Virus record (IMG/VR): IMGVR_UViG_3300017912_001273
Location: 1 to 64,000 of that record
From: a virus
Lineage: Duplodnaviria; Caudoviricetes
Direction: 5' to 3' (one strand)
DNA length: 64,000 bases
Shown: positions 20,603 through 29,473 of the stretch, piece by piece
How positions within the stretch are numbered: the stretch's first letter is position 1
Layout of the letters: each line of letters opens with the position of its first letter
Notes under the pieces: model-generated
The model's input: only the letters and a program-made list of their open reading frames with translations
Told to the model about the DNA's origin: nothing
Database searches by the model: none
Program-made: the position numbers and the translations under genes

Positions 20603-20742
20603 TGTGTGGTTTTTTTAATATATTCTTGTTTATTTTTACTATTATACCATTCTTCAATGTGCTTATCAAAGTGCCATCTGTAATCAAGTCCTGAACAAAA
20701 AACCTGATCACATCTACTGCACTTTATAATAGGTTTGCACAC
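20599..20742 (-). CDS. 47-aa C2H2 zinc-finger microprotein, not in ORF track
   Basis: GTG start overlaps upstream TAG, TGA overlaps groES ATG; CSRCDQVFCSGLDYRWHFDKH. Confidence 0.7.
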   Translation of the reverse strand: MCKPIIKCSRCDQVFCSGLDYRWHFDKHIEEWYNSKNKQEYIKKTTQ

Positions 20743-21260
20743 TACATCTGGTCATATGCAAGTCCTGCACCCCCACGTACAGAACTTTGCTGTTCATCTT
20801 TCATATCACTAAATGCACCTTTGTAAGACTGTCTAATTTGTTCAAACTTAGCAGCTGCATTTACTAGTGCATTAATATTACCATCTCTACCATGCTCAAT
20901 TTGTGTAGTCTCCATATACTTAGCAAGTCTATCTAACATAGATTTAATACCTACATAAGCTCTATACGTTGGAGTTTGATATAGTTTCTCACACATATCC
21001 TTTGCATATCTAATTGCAGGATCTTCAAGAGATTCTTCTAATTTTATTTCATCAACTATAATATCTTCTTTCTGATGTTCTGGTAAATTAAAAAAAGGAT
21101 TCATATCTGGGTTAGGACACGTCATATAAAACAAATATTGATATACTTTCATATGTGTATCCGGATACTCCTCCTTTATCTTTTTTAGAAAAGGCAGTGT
21201 ATAACAATGTTCAGTTAATACTACCTTATCATTCTGTATGTCAAATAATCTTACTATCAT
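20742..21260 (-). CDS. Conserved crAss-like protein, possible terminase small subunit
   Basis: Helical, C-terminal VRGG; position upstream of TerL. Confidence 0.45.
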   Translation of the reverse strand: MIVRLFDIQNDKVVLTEHCYTLPFLKKIKEEYPDTHMKVYQYLFYMTCPNPDMNPFFNLPEHQKEDIIVDEIKLEESLEDPAIRYAKDMCEKLYQTPTYRAYVGIKSMLDRLAKYMETTQIEHGRDGNINALVNAAAKFEQIRQSYKGAFSDMKDEQQSSVRGGAGLAYDQM

Positions 21261-21574
21261 AGGTCATTACATAAATCTGCACAATTAATATTATCCATAA
21301 TATTTTTAATTGAAGTATATGACTCTGTAACAAATATTGGTGCCATTATACCTCTTATGTATACTTGAGATCCTGCTAAATTACCATCTTGATCAAAAAG
21401 TTTTCCAACAGCAATTATCTGATGTCTATCACAATAAAAATCTTCAGTTTGACTATAATTAGTATAAGGTAATTCTACAGTTTCACCTCCTATGGTAGTA
21501 GCTCTTGTTTCTTGAACAGGAATTATTTGTTGAAACTGTATATTATTTGGGGGTAAGTAAGGTATCTTTGCCAT
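21257..21574 (-). CDS. Hypothetical protein
   Basis: ORF track, coupled to neighbours. Confidence 0.6.
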   Translation of the reverse strand: MAKIPYLPPNNIQFQQIIPVQETRATTIGGETVELPYTNYSQTEDFYCDRHQIIAVGKLFDQDGNLAGSQVYIRGIMAPIFVTESYTSIKNIMDNINCADLCNDL

Positions 21575-21576
21575 AA

Positions 21577-21825
21577 TTATTTATTTAATAGTTGTTTAAA
21601 ATCTTCATATCCAATAACTAAAATTATTGGTGAAGCTTGATTTTGTAATAATACTTCTATATGAGTCTTTTTAAACTCACTAGTTGATACATGGAAGTAT
21701 TCTTTAAAATATACCACAGTGGTCAAATCAATAGAGATCTGTGTATATTCAAATCTAAAATCTGTAGGAACTTTAGACTTTAATGATTGTATTGCAACAG
21801 CTGCAGTAAATTCAGTGTACTTCAT
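21577..21825 (-). CDS. Hypothetical protein, possible paralog of 21257-21574
   Basis: ORF track; shared PI(F/I)xxxxYxx(I/F)Kx(I/L) C-terminus. Confidence 0.6.
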   Translation of the reverse strand: MKYTEFTAAVAIQSLKSKVPTDFRFEYTQISIDLTTVVYFKEYFHVSTSEFKKTHIEVLLQNQASPIILVIGYEDFKQLLNK

Positions 21826-21846
21826 CTTTTAATAATTTAAGTTAAG

Positions 21847-22659
21847 TTAATGATTTTCTTTTAACCACATCATTATGGAATTTACTTCATCCTTAAGATA
21901 TGGTAGTTCATAAATTTTGATATTATCTATCACGGGCTCACCATTAATATGTTCATTAATAGGATACCCATTTGCATCTGTACCAACTTGTTTAAATTTT
22001 ACATGTTGGATAGCTAACTTACCAATCTTAAGTTTAGGGTTGTGCTTTTTAATAATATACGCATAAATACTCAATTGTAAGTTATAATGATTTAAATTAC
22101 AATCATCTAAATGACTTACAGGATTATACATTTTATTAGTAATACCTTCCCAATTGGTAAATCCTTTTTCTTTTATCTCTTTGTTAGTTTTATAATCAGT
22201 AATATTTATTACACCATCAACTATCTCAACTAAATCAGCCTGCCCGCATATGCCAACAGACTTTAAATACACTAAATGTTCTGGATAAACTCCATTATCT
22301 AACTTTTGAACAGGTGCAATTTTAACACCATTATCATCAGTTAGTGGTTTAACTATAGGCACCTCAACACCATTACGTTCAATAGTATTAAAGTCAAGCA
22401 TGTCTGCTTCTCTTTGGTTATGATACCAGTTACCTAATGTTATTGCTCTATCTGTTTCACCATCCCATGCAGCAAGTATTTCTTTAGGTGTTTTACCATA
22501 CCATTTAGATCTTTTGTTTTTAGAGGACTTCTTTGCTTGACCTTCTCTGTCAAACTTAGGCTTAAACTTACCTACTAAAGATGTAACACTCAACCAAGTA
22601 ATATTATCTTGATCTATGCTCTCATATAAATGCCCATCCTCTTTAAATATTATTGCCAT
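21847..22659 (-). CDS. PD-(D/E)XK (Cas4/RecB-like) nuclease
   Basis: SVTSLV, GNWYH, ICGQADLV, ITDYKTN, YNLQLSIYAY. Confidence 0.85.
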   Translation of the reverse strand: MAIIFKEDGHLYESIDQDNITWLSVTSLVGKFKPKFDREGQAKKSSKNKRSKWYGKTPKEILAAWDGETDRAITLGNWYHNQREADMLDFNTIERNGVEVPIVKPLTDDNGVKIAPVQKLDNGVYPEHLVYLKSVGICGQADLVEIVDGVINITDYKTNKEIKEKGFTNWEGITNKMYNPVSHLDDCNLNHYNLQLSIYAYIIKKHNPKLKIGKLAIQHVKFKQVGTDANGYPINEHINGEPVIDNIKIYELPYLKDEVNSIMMWLKENH

Positions 22660-22660
22660 A

Positions 22661-22753
22661 TTATATTGATATTGTAGTATACCAGTAACCTTCTTTGTTA
22701 CATTCTATACTTGTTACTTCATTATCATAAATATAATTAATTGTTATCTCCAT
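22661..22753 (-). CDS. 30-aa microprotein, not in ORF track
   Basis: MEITINYIYDNEVTSIECNKEGYWYTTISI fills the gap between coupled genes. Confidence 0.45.
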   Translation of the reverse strand: MEITINYIYDNEVTSIECNKEGYWYTTISI

Positions 22754-23072
22754 TTTTTTCTATTTGTTGGTTAATTATATCTTCTTCATCTTCTGTTGTT
22801 AATGCATCCCAAAAACCTTTAGGACACTCAGTAGATAAAGATCTTACTTTGAATGCAAGACTGCAGCCACATTCAGAACAACAAGGTTGTGTCCCTGGTG
22901 CTAAGCAACTATCTCCTTTAGCATCAAATAAAGAACATTTTATACATATCTGGAATCTATCAGTAGCAACTGCTTCAACATGTTGTTTTTTGAACATGGT
23001 ATTTTTAATACCTTCTGCAATCATATCTGCATTCTTGAATATATCTAGATATTTAGACCAGCTTTTTGCCAT
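22737..23072 (-). CDS. Cys-rich metal-binding protein
   Basis: RFQICIKC...CCSECGC...CPKGFW. Confidence 0.7.
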   Translation of the reverse strand: MAKSWSKYLDIFKNADMIAEGIKNTMFKKQHVEAVATDRFQICIKCSLFDAKGDSCLAPGTQPCCSECGCSLAFKVRSLSTECPKGFWDALTTEDEEDIINQQIEKNGDNN

Positions 23073-23418
23073 TTTTAAATTCTTTTTTATTTAATATATC
23101 TTGTTCTATCTGTTTCATTGCAGCTTCCATTTGTTGGATATTCTTATGAATATCTTCACTCTTTGCAAAACCAGAATAAGTTCTCTTTTTTAAATTACCT
23201 AAGATACTTTTATTCTTTTTAATTGACTTATCTAATTTACTTTTTCTAAGTATAAAGGTTCCTAAACCATCTACTTGAACTCTAGGAAAATCTAAATTAG
23301 ATAATGCCTTTCTAACTTTGCCAAAGTAGAAGCTTACAAAGTCATCAACCACTGATTGATGTACTCCTACTTCTTCTGCAATTCCTTCTTTTATTTTCTT
23401 ATAACTCTTGGGTTTCAC
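23053..23418 (-). CDS. HU/IHF-like DNA-binding protein
   Basis: IAEEVGV...VVDDFV...RVQVDGLGTF pattern; crAss-like location. Confidence 0.6.
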   Translation of the reverse strand: MKPKSYKKIKEGIAEEVGVHQSVVDDFVSFYFGKVRKALSNLDFPRVQVDGLGTFILRKSKLDKSIKKNKSILGNLKKRTYSGFAKSEDIHKNIQQMEAAMKQIEQDILNKKEFKNGKKLV

Positions 23419-23770
23419 TTCCTAAAACTTTATAATCTAGTAATACCAATCCTTTTGTTTGTACGTTCATATCTTTATTAAGAGTAATAGTTTTTTTGTT
23501 AGTGCCCTTTTTAGTTAATAAGTTTTTCTTTTCAGCTTTTGTAATAGCATTTCTTGCAGATTGAGGGCTTTTAAATATACCCTTTGATACTAAATCTATA
23601 CAAAATTTAGTAAGTTCAATATCATCTACTTTAGAAAGCTCAGCTAAAAACTTTAGATCTGAATTGCTAATTAATATATCATTAAAGAAACAATACGTAA
23701 GTATTTGATATCTTGATGATATATCAATATCCACTTGCATTTTTAAATCTACTTTATTAACTATTGCCAT
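23399..23770 (-). CDS. Putative HTH DNA-binding protein
   Basis: SPQSARNAITKAEKKNLLTK winged-helix-like segment. Confidence 0.5.
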   Translation of the reverse strand: MAIVNKVDLKMQVDIDISSRYQILTYCFFNDILISNSDLKFLAELSKVDDIELTKFCIDLVSKGIFKSPQSARNAITKAEKKNLLTKKGTNKKTITLNKDMNVQTKGLVLLDYKVLGSETQEL

Positions 23771-23771
23771 A

Positions 23772-24692
23772 TTATAAACTTAAAATCATATCAACTAAAT
23801 CTGGATGTGGATAACAATCTGACTTACCATGTCTTACATTACCATGTACAAGTAAACCTTTTACTTTACCATAGTAAGCATCCTCAATAAAATCAAATCC
23901 TTTTGTAGGTCCATATTTTTGAATAAATTGTTTTAAACCTAGTCTAATATCAACTCCATCTCTTTCTCCTACATATCTCAACCATTTTTCAGTTGCTTTT
24001 ATTTGTTCTTCAGAATAAGCATGCCAAAATAATTTACCCTTGAATGCTTCATCTAACTGAATTATTTGTGATTCAGCACAAACACTTCCAACATACGTCT
24101 TCATATTTTCATCAAGATAGCCCATAGAGCAAATCTCAAGTCCAACAGAATGCCTGTTCATATATCCAGATCCAGTTTTACCAAGATGAAACCCTTGTGC
24201 ACCTTCTGGAAAAGCTTGTACCATTACACCATTGTACTCATCATTTTCATTTCTGTGATTTACACCACCTAATACAAACTCTGTAGCTATTCTACCTCTA
24301 TCATCTCTACCCCAATGATCTATACATCTGTATGGGTTAGAGCCTCCAGCTGTATGATGTAAAAATATATACTCATTATTTACAGGCCCTTCAACATACT
24401 CACCTTTGGGTAAGAAATGTCTATGTATTATTTGGTCATATTTAGTAGTAAAATACTGAGCTTTTACATCAGTATCTTCATCTATTTCTTCTGGTACTGC
24501 ATAATCAAGATTAAGGAGCAAAGCCCACATATCATTGTCTACAATACCTGAAACTGGTAAATTTTTATCTAGTTGGAATCTTTCTACTGCTTTTTCCGTC
24601 ATAGGTCCAAATACACCATCAGCAGATATTCCTAATTTTCTTTGTAAGGTTTTAACATCAGGCCCTTTACTGCCTATCTTTAGCATTCTCAT
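23772..24692 (-). CDS. Endolysin: peptidoglycan-binding domain + N-acetylmuramoyl-L-alanine amidase (Amidase_2)
   Basis: LKIGSKGPDVKTLQ...ADGVFGPMTEKAV..FQ; IFLHHTAG, SVGLEI, H...KSDC. Confidence 0.9.
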   Translation of the reverse strand: MRMLKIGSKGPDVKTLQRKLGISADGVFGPMTEKAVERFQLDKNLPVSGIVDNDMWALLLNLDYAVPEEIDEDTDVKAQYFTTKYDQIIHRHFLPKGEYVEGPVNNEYIFLHHTAGGSNPYRCIDHWGRDDRGRIATEFVLGGVNHRNENDEYNGVMVQAFPEGAQGFHLGKTGSGYMNRHSVGLEICSMGYLDENMKTYVGSVCAESQIIQLDEAFKGKLFWHAYSEEQIKATEKWLRYVGERDGVDIRLGLKQFIQKYGPTKGFDFIEDAYYGKVKGLLVHGNVRHGKSDCYPHPDLVDMILSL

Positions 24693-24694
24693 GA

Positions 24695-25003
24695 CTAATC
24701 AACCTTCTCAGCTGCATTTTCCATTGCTTCTTTAAATGCTTTTGCTTCTGGTGAGTTTGCTTTAACACCTTCTTTCTGGGCAGCATACTGCTGTGCCATA
24801 AACATTTGTGCTTGCATTCTCTCAGCTCTTGATTTTTCAATTAAAGCTAATAGTGATTCATACTCAGCTTGTACTTCAAGATGAGGTATGTTATCTTTGT
24901 AAAATGCTGTTATTTCTTCTCTACGTTGTGCTAATTCCTCTTTGCTAAGTTTAGGATCTTTTTCATTCAACGTGTTTTCAGTTGGTTCTGCGTTTTGTGC
25001 CAT
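24695..25003 (-). CDS. Hypothetical coiled-coil protein
   Basis: ORF track. Confidence 0.65.
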   Translation of the reverse strand: MAQNAEPTENTLNEKDPKLSKEELAQRREEITAFYKDNIPHLEVQAEYESLLALIEKSRAERMQAQMFMAQQYAAQKEGVKANSPEAKAFKEAMENAAEKVD

Positions 25004-25033
25004 TGTAATTAAATTTAAAATTAAACATTAAAG

Positions 25034-25063
25034 CAAATATATACAATAATAGTTTAAATCAAA
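25034..25063 (-). promoter_or_regulatory. Bacteroidota housekeeping-type promoter TTTG-N18-TATATTTG
   Basis: Minus strand TTTG atttaaactattattgta TATATTTG upstream of 25003. Confidence 0.75.
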
Positions 25064-25082
25064 AAAGTTTAATGACTTTTTC

Positions 25083-25322
25083 TTAAATTTTATTACGTTC
25101 TAATATAGTTATTACGGATTTTAGATCTCTTGAGTTGTAAAAACGTATGCCTGCTTGATGAGTACCTGGGCATATAAACTCTACATACCAGTCTTTTCCT
25201 TCTACTTGATCATTACCAACAGAAAAAAAGTCCATACCAGCTATGCTATAGCTATAGTAATATAGATTATCTTCAGTTTTTACTTTCTGAAAACCTAGTT
25301 TCTTTATTGCTGCCTCTGTCAT
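25083..25322 (-). CDS. Hypothetical protein
   Basis: ORF track. Confidence 0.6.
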   Translation of the reverse strand: MTEAAIKKLGFQKVKTEDNLYYYSYSIAGMDFFSVGNDQVEGKDWYVEFICPGTHQAGIRFYNSRDLKSVITILERNKI

Positions 25323-25325
25323 ACC

Positions 25326-25640
25326 CTACCATTTTACCTTGTGTGACCAGTATCTAGCTGATAACTTAGATGGTTTTGCATCTTGTGCATTATGCCTTGC
25401 ATAATATGATTTCCTTCTTGCTTTGTCTTTAGCTGACTTTGGATTTTTACCTGCACCTTTTACACCTTGTTGACCAAATCTAATTAATTTAGTCTTATCA
25501 CCTACCTTTGCTACAACAACATGTGACTTTTTTGGATGATTGGGTGTACGTTTAGGTTTATTATAGCCTGAAACGCCTGCTCTAACTAACTTAGGATCTC
25601 TTTTAGAGCCTCCTTTTTTATATTTCATATGATGTCCCAT
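25326..25640 (-). CDS. Small basic protein
   Basis: K/R-rich; KLIRFGQQG, SYYARH, ARYWS..VKW; YKKGGS near N-terminus. Confidence 0.7.
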   Translation of the reverse strand: MGHHMKYKKGGSKRDPKLVRAGVSGYNKPKRTPNHPKKSHVVVAKVGDKTKLIRFGQQGVKGAGKNPKSAKDKARRKSYYARHNAQDAKPSKLSARYWSHKVKW

Positions 25641-25703
25641 ACTTATTTTTTTATGGCCAATTTGATGGCTGAGGTGGTCTTATATTTGGATCTTTCATTT
25701 TTA

Positions 25704-26810
25704 TTATTGTTTAATCATTACTATTCCTGGTACATTTAAAGGTGAATTTCCTGTACCATCTGTTTGAAATAAGAATCCAGTTTCTAATCCACCCTGAGCA
25801 GCATCTGCATCATCAGCATATGCAGGTAAACTATTTGTAAACTGTAATCCTCCAGCTGTTTCAATAGGAGCATTCATCTTATTTAAAATAAATCTATGCG
25901 TGCCACCTACATTAGTTGGACCAACATCATGATATATACCTGTATAATCAGTGTGAGCTGCATTTGCATTATTATTATCTACGTTAATAAAAATAGCTCT
26001 GTGATCTGTAATAGTACCAGCTTGCATTGCTACATCATAATAATAACCATAGGCAAAGTTTACAACCATATTTGGATTGTCTGTAACCTCACTACGTGCA
26101 TAATTAGATATTTGATAGTCTAATTGACTACTAAGTCCTGTTGAATTTGGATCATTAGATTTTACAGTTCCCGTAACACCATAAAGTGTACCTCCAGTGC
26201 TAGCACTAGATCCACTGTCTGGTCTATATCTAGCTTCAAAAACACCTCCAGATGCAGTTGAAAAAGGACCGCTACCTGTAAATTGTTGTCTTCCTTGAAT
26301 TGCTACAAATTGACTTGAACCTGAAATAGATGTTCCAGAAAATTTATTCTCAAACCATGCTAATTGATTAATACCAGATGCAGCAGGTTGACTAAAATCA
26401 CTTGTTGCTGCAAACTTAATAACTCCTGGCCCAATAAAATTCTCAGGTTGATCAGAAACAAATTCAATAATACCATTTCTTACTGGTGCAGTAAAGCTAC
26501 TACTTGGTGGATTTATCAAAGAAACACCTGTATCATTTTGAAACATCAAAGAGTCTCCTATAACACTCTCAGGACCATCTGTATAGATTGTAAAGTAATT
26601 AGTAGTACCACTTCCTGTTACCTCACCTTCATCAAACTCAGCTCTGAGATCACGTAATGATATTAATCTATTATCCATCTTAGGATCATATGCATAAATA
26701 CCTTCTGGTCCTTGCATCCTACCTAAAACTAAATAGTCTCCTGGTTCTGTTTTTTTTACTACTTTCTTTCTAGAAAGCAATCCCATCATGTCTTGTAATA
26801 TATTTCCCAT
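25704..26810 (-). CDS. Fibre/decoration protein with shared N-terminal anchor (368 aa; start corrected)
   Basis: MGNILQDMMGLLSRKKVVK matches the N-terminus of 26812-28569; ATG 1 nt after upstream stop. Confidence 0.75.
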   Translation of the reverse strand: MGNILQDMMGLLSRKKVVKKTEPGDYLVLGRMQGPEGIYAYDPKMDNRLISLRDLRAEFDEGEVTGSGTTNYFTIYTDGPESVIGDSLMFQNDTGVSLINPPSSSFTAPVRNGIIEFVSDQPENFIGPGVIKFAATSDFSQPAASGINQLAWFENKFSGTSISGSSQFVAIQGRQQFTGSGPFSTASGGVFEARYRPDSGSSASTGGTLYGVTGTVKSNDPNSTGLSSQLDYQISNYARSEVTDNPNMVVNFAYGYYYDVAMQAGTITDHRAIFINVDNNNANAAHTDYTGIYHDVGPTNVGGTHRFILNKMNAPIETAGGLQFTNSLPAYADDADAAQGGLETGFLFQTDGTGNSPLNVPGIVMIKQ

Positions 26811-26811
26811 T

Positions 26812-28569
26812 TTATGTCTGTATTGTTGCTCCTGGATTAAGCGTAGTATCATTTGTTTCATATGCCAATACACCTTTTAAAACCAAACTACCACTTGAAG
26901 GAATATTGGATTCTTTAATAGTAACAATGCCATGTACCCCATTACTGGCAACAGAAGGTGTATTTAAATTAATAGAAGCATCACCTACTAGAGCTGTATT
27001 ATATGTATATGTAAAATTAGTTGCTATTACATCAAATCCAGTACATTGCACTGTTCTTGCATCTTGATACAAACCTGAATTACCTGCATCATATGGCCAT
27101 CCTTGTATTGTTAAAAAACCATTATTTCCAGCTGATTTACTAATATTTGCTACTTGAATTAATATATTGAACTCACATTGAACAAGAGTTCCATGTCTCA
27201 TCCATCTACCTTGATTTATAGCATATGAGCTTATATTCCATCCTGGTTCAGGTGTGGTAGTATTAGACATTGCAATAACTTGTGGTGTCCAGTTACCTTT
27301 TGTTTCAGAAATTCCACCACCACCACCACCAGAAGCATTTATTGTTACATCACCTGTCCCGCTTACTGGACTTATTGTTACGTTTGTGCCTGCTATAATA
27401 GAAGTAACACCACCACCTCCACCTCCACCAGCAGCTGTTTCTATAACATTTCCTGATGAATCTACTGATAAATTGTATGCAGCTGTGCCTGTAAATGTAC
27501 CAGTGCCATATTGATTAAATTGTACTTCACCAGTATTATTAATTTTTATTCCATCTACATTATTTGCTTTAAGAGTAAGTCTGTTTGTAGCAGTTACAAG
27601 ACTATCACCTGTAAATGTGCTTATAATATTAAATTGAGATGAGGTTGAAGAATTTCCCCCAAGGTCAGCCACGCTAATTGGCCCATTTGTTGATAAGCTT
27701 GCTTGACCTGTGGATGAAAGCGTGCCAATTGCATTAATAGTACCAAAAAGATCTACGCCACCAGTGGTTGTTTCTAATTTCTTACTATTGTCATAATATA
27801 GTTCTACAGCACCATCAGTAATAAATTTAGCCATAGTTTCTACAGATGTAGGACTCATTCCACTACCTTTATTTATTTGAACACTTGCACCATTAGTTGA
27901 TATAAGTAAATCACCTGTACCATCATCTTGTATATATGAATTATCTGTGTCGTGGTAAATTTGTAAATCTGAACCTGTACCAAATTTAGCTCTTTCACCA
28001 TCTTCAAACCTAATATTTCTTGTAAAAACAGTTTCTGATGCACTACCATCTAATTTAAAATATGCAGCAGTACCACTAGCTCCATCATCACAATTAAATA
28101 TTATATCTTTGCCATCATCATCATTTTGTATTATTAAATCTCCTACTTCATTTTCAATATAACTATCAGTACCATTGTGATATATTTTTAAATCCTGTGA
28201 ATCACCTAATCTTATTTTTTCATTATCTCCTAAATCAAGACCATCACAAGTAATAGTTCCTGTTACATTAGCCTGTGTAGCTCCAGCGTTTTGTGAGAAC
28301 ATACTATCACCTAAAACTCCGTTTGGTCCATCTGACCATAATGGAAGTGTATTAGTTGTGCCGGTACCTGTTACTTCTCCTTCTCCTGTACCAAATTGAG
28401 CTCTAAGATCTTTTAGAGAGATAAGTTCATTATGCATCTTAGGCGTGTTAAAAATGCTATCATCAGCATTAGGTCTTCTTCCTAATACAAGCATATCCGT
28501 ATCCTCATAAGTTTTTACTACCCTTTTACGGCTTAGTAAACCCATCATATCTATTAATATATTACCCAT
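26812..28569 (-). CDS. Fibre/decoration protein with shared N-terminal anchor (585 aa)
   Basis: DLxIYH repeats, VTSIIAGTNVTISP, GNWTP fibre-tip-like C-terminus. Confidence 0.8.
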   Translation of the reverse strand: MGNILIDMMGLLSRKRVVKTYEDTDMLVLGRRPNADDSIFNTPKMHNELISLKDLRAQFGTGEGEVTGTGTTNTLPLWSDGPNGVLGDSMFSQNAGATQANVTGTITCDGLDLGDNEKIRLGDSQDLKIYHNGTDSYIENEVGDLIIQNDDDGKDIIFNCDDGASGTAAYFKLDGSASETVFTRNIRFEDGERAKFGTGSDLQIYHDTDNSYIQDDGTGDLLISTNGASVQINKGSGMSPTSVETMAKFITDGAVELYYDNSKKLETTTGGVDLFGTINAIGTLSSTGQASLSTNGPISVADLGGNSSTSSQFNIISTFTGDSLVTATNRLTLKANNVDGIKINNTGEVQFNQYGTGTFTGTAAYNLSVDSSGNVIETAAGGGGGGGVTSIIAGTNVTISPVSGTGDVTINASGGGGGGISETKGNWTPQVIAMSNTTTPEPGWNISSYAINQGRWMRHGTLVQCEFNILIQVANISKSAGNNGFLTIQGWPYDAGNSGLYQDARTVQCTGFDVIATNFTYTYNTALVGDASINLNTPSVASNGVHGIVTIKESNIPSSGSLVLKGVLAYETNDTTLNPGATIQT

Positions 28570-28571
28570 TT

Positions 28572-28865
28572 TTATTTCTTTTTACGTCTTGTTGTTCTTT
28601 TACGAGTAGTTTTCTTAGCTCCTGTTCTATTCTTACCTTTATGAAGTCCATGACTAGCATGTTGTTTACCTGCTCTGGTTGCAGCTCTTTTCTTTTTATT
28701 TGCTGCAGCTAACTTTTTTCTACCACTTTTGGTACTCTTAAGCTTTGAAATAGTCTTAGAAGGTGCATATACCTCACCTGTCTCTGAACTTTTCTTTCCA
28801 GAAGGGGTTCTCCATTTTTGCTTAGTCCATCTATCTAGACTTTTTTGTTGTTTAGTCTTTGCCAT
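28572..28865 (-). CDS. Small highly basic protein
   Basis: QKSLDRWTKQKWRTPSGK...GEVYAP; K/R-rich. Confidence 0.7.
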   Translation of the reverse strand: MAKTKQQKSLDRWTKQKWRTPSGKKSSETGEVYAPSKTISKLKSTKSGRKKLAAANKKKRAATRAGKQHASHGLHKGKNRTGAKKTTRKRTTRRKKK

Positions 28866-29050
28866 TACTTGCTATGTCTCTTTTGTATTTTAAATTTTGC
28901 AGTTAATGATGCACCAGGATGTTTAACAAACTTTCCTGAATGCTTCATAAGCTTAAAACCAGAGCCATCTTTCATCCAATGAAAGCCAGCAGGAGCTTTT
29001 ACAGACTTCATACTTGTAGATCCGCCTTTCTTGTATACGCTCTTAGCCAT
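28865..29050 (-). CDS. Small basic protein (probable start MAKSVYKKGGS)
   Basis: VKAPAGFHWMK motif; later start avoids overlap with 29082-29246. Confidence 0.6.
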   Translation of the reverse strand: MAKSVYKKGGSTSMKSVKAPAGFHWMKDGSGFKLMKHSGKFVKHPGASLTAKFKIQKRHSK

Positions 29051-29081
29051 AGCTTTTGCAGCTTTAGTCTTGCTTTTTTGC

Positions 29082-29246
29082 TTATTTAGTGATCTTTTTC
29101 TTCTTGCTTTTTTCATAATCTTTAAATATAAATTCTATATACCAAAAGGCAAAGTCAATTATAAATGCCCTGTATTCTCCATGATAGTTTGTTATAGTAA
29201 TCCCAAATGCTAAATGTTGATATATGCTACCTGTTCTTATTTTCAT
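29082..29246 (-). CDS. 54-aa protein, not in ORF track
   Basis: MKIRTGSIYQHLAFGITITNYHGEYRAFIIDFAFWYIEFIFKDYEKSKKKKITK. Confidence 0.5.
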   Translation of the reverse strand: MKIRTGSIYQHLAFGITITNYHGEYRAFIIDFAFWYIEFIFKDYEKSKKKKITK

Positions 29247-29264
29247 TTGGTAAATGTCCTCCCA

Positions 29265-29471
29265 TTATTTCTTAGATTTATAACCTCCACCGGCTGCTTT
29301 GTAACGTTTAGCTAACATTTGAGCTTTACGTGCTGACCACTGTCCTGGTCTACCACCTTTGCCTCCAGCTTTGATTGAGTTAAACAATCTTTTACGAAGT
29401 CCCGGTTTAGTATAGTTTCCACTACTATTAACGGTACTTTTCTTTTTTTTACTTGATTTCTTAAGTGCCAT
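29265..29471 (-). CDS. Small highly basic protein
   Basis: GNYTKPGLRKRLF...GQWSARKAQMLAKRYKAAGGGY. Confidence 0.7.
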   Translation of the reverse strand: MALKKSSKKKKSTVNSSGNYTKPGLRKRLFNSIKAGGKGGRPGQWSARKAQMLAKRYKAAGGGYKSKK

Positions 29472-29473
29472 AA

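Noticed and set aside
21847-22659. Cas4-like nuclease as evidence of CRISPR-Cas
   Set aside because: Stand-alone PD-(D/E)XK nuclease in a packaging operon; no array or other cas genes.
25651-25698. 15-aa ORF MKDPNIRPPQPSNWP
   Set aside because: Fits the gap but is too short to support without conservation data.
26811-26873. N-terminal 21 aa of the 389-aa ORF call
   Set aside because: Overlaps the upstream gene; the paralog alignment supports a start at 26810.
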